Shown here one piece after another: positions 63,309 through 64,000 of a stretch of DNA of 64,000 nt (position 1 is the first letter of the stretch; every line of letters begins with the position of its first letter). The position numbers and the translations under genes are program-made. The notes below the pieces were generated by a model. That model worked only from the letters and a program-made list of their open reading frames with translations, was not told the origin of the DNA and did not search any database. Source of the stretch: an uncultured Bacteroidales bacterium (GTDB lineage: Bacteria > Bacteroidota > Bacteroidia > Bacteroidales > UBA10428); contig CAZLLD010000002.1 of the NCBI GenBank assembly GCA_964560225.1, positions 11,713 through 75,712 of the forward strand, given 5' to 3'.

Positions 63309-64000
63309 TCATTCCTTGGCTGCTTTTCTTTTTTCAATCAGTTCAATGGCTTCTTGGGTACTCATTTTCTTACCTTCAGAATAGGCCACTACAAAGGCTT
63401 TTTTAATATTGATCTCAATCATCGTGGCTTCAGCTTCTTCAAAAGTTTTGTAGCGTCCGATTGAGTACTTATACCAGTTTTCTTCATAAATCATGTCAAT
63501 GGGAATGTTGCCTTTGTATAACAGGTTCAGGTATTCTTCACTCAAAGGCATGGTATGTGCTGCAATCTGAACCTTAAATATGACTTCCTTAAGCAGTGTG
63601 GAATCCACAACGGTTTCCTTGTCAACTGTGGCAAATATATCTTTGGGCGGCTCATGAACATTCGGATCTTTCATGATTTTTACTACTTCCTCTAATGACA
63701 GGTCATCTTCCCAGCCGTAATTATATTCTACAGGGTAATCGGTACATATTTGCAATGATCTTCCCTGATCACGCACTGCAAGTTTTTCATATCCCATGGC
63801 GTCCTTCATGATGGCAAGTGCGTAATCGAAGCGATCGGCGTCTTCTGCCTGTTGCCTTCGGATGAGTGAACGGTTGTAACTTTTCAGTGCTGTGCCCTGG
63901 TAATACCTGGCTTTTTCCATTCCTGCAGCCCGGTGATTGGTTCGGTTCATCTTATTCCAGAAGCTTTCATTCTTTAATTTGAATACATAAAAAACAATGC
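63309..64000 (-). CDS. SPOR-like-domain protein, partial (frame stays open to the right edge)
   Basis: C-terminal FKVQIAAHTMPLS...YKYSIGRYKTFEEAEATMIEINIKKAFVVAY resembles a SPOR domain. I checked that no stop occurs between 63950 and 64000 in this frame, so the true start is probably outside the window. Confidence 0.55.
   Translation of the reverse strand, partial: IVFYVFKLKNESFWNKMNRTNHRAAGMEKARYYQGTALKSYNRSLIRRQQAEDADRFDYALAIMKDAMGYEKLAVRDQGRSLQICTDYPVEYNYGWEDDLSLEEVVKIMKDPNVHEPPKDIFATVDKETVVDSTLLKEVIFKVQIAAHTMPLSEEYLNLLYKGNIPIDMIYEENWYKYSIGRYKTFEEAEATMIEINIKKAFVVAYSEGKKMSTQEAIELIEKRKAAKE

Noticed and set aside
1-64000. Scan for CRISPR arrays, transposases/IS ends, integrases, phage modules, toxin-antitoxin pairs and known defence genes
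   Set aside because: I found no regularly spaced direct repeats. No ORF showed transposase (DDE), recombinase (tyrosine or serine), restriction-modification or other defence signatures.

Overview
This is a chromosomal segment from a Bacteroidota-type genome. The lineage call rests on several signs: the rpmB-rpmG-DUF4295-ftsY arrangement, a T9SS C-terminal sorting domain, DUF4252/ECF-sigma and DUF3857/transglutaminase modules, TAnnTTTG-type -7 boxes, absence of Shine-Dalgarno sequences, and a type-A RNase P RNA. Most of the window is tightly packed housekeeping: gyrA, clpC, rimO, ftsY, L28/L33, cinA, fabG, a RelA-like RSH, rarA, kdsA, queA, rlmN, msrB, ltaE, three tRNAs and rnpB. I found no CRISPR array, transposase, integrase, phage genes or recognisable defence system. 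The less ordinary parts are listed below. (1) 14.0-16.5 kb is a visibly AT-rich patch with two unrelated small membrane-protein genes. Each is trailed by a copy of the same nested-hairpin element, and a third intergenic block follows with tandem repeats and hairpins built on a conserved GAC-GAA-GC/GC-GGA-GUC core. (2) 33.8-39.6 kb holds an AT-rich six-fold IPT/TIG lipoprotein gene followed by two DUF3857/transglutaminase-like paralogues, one with an intact Cys-His-Asp triad and one without. (3) A ribosomal-protein-THX-like N-terminus is fused to a ~90-aa Lys/Glu/Val/Pro-rich tail and overlaps (TAATG) a PLP sulfhydrylase gene. (4) Twin 20-24-nt palindromes sit between a tRNA-Gly/Thr pair and cinA. 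(5) A 51-aa DUF4295-type gene is missing from the ORF track. All functional calls come from motif and family recognition by eye. No searches or folding computations were run.
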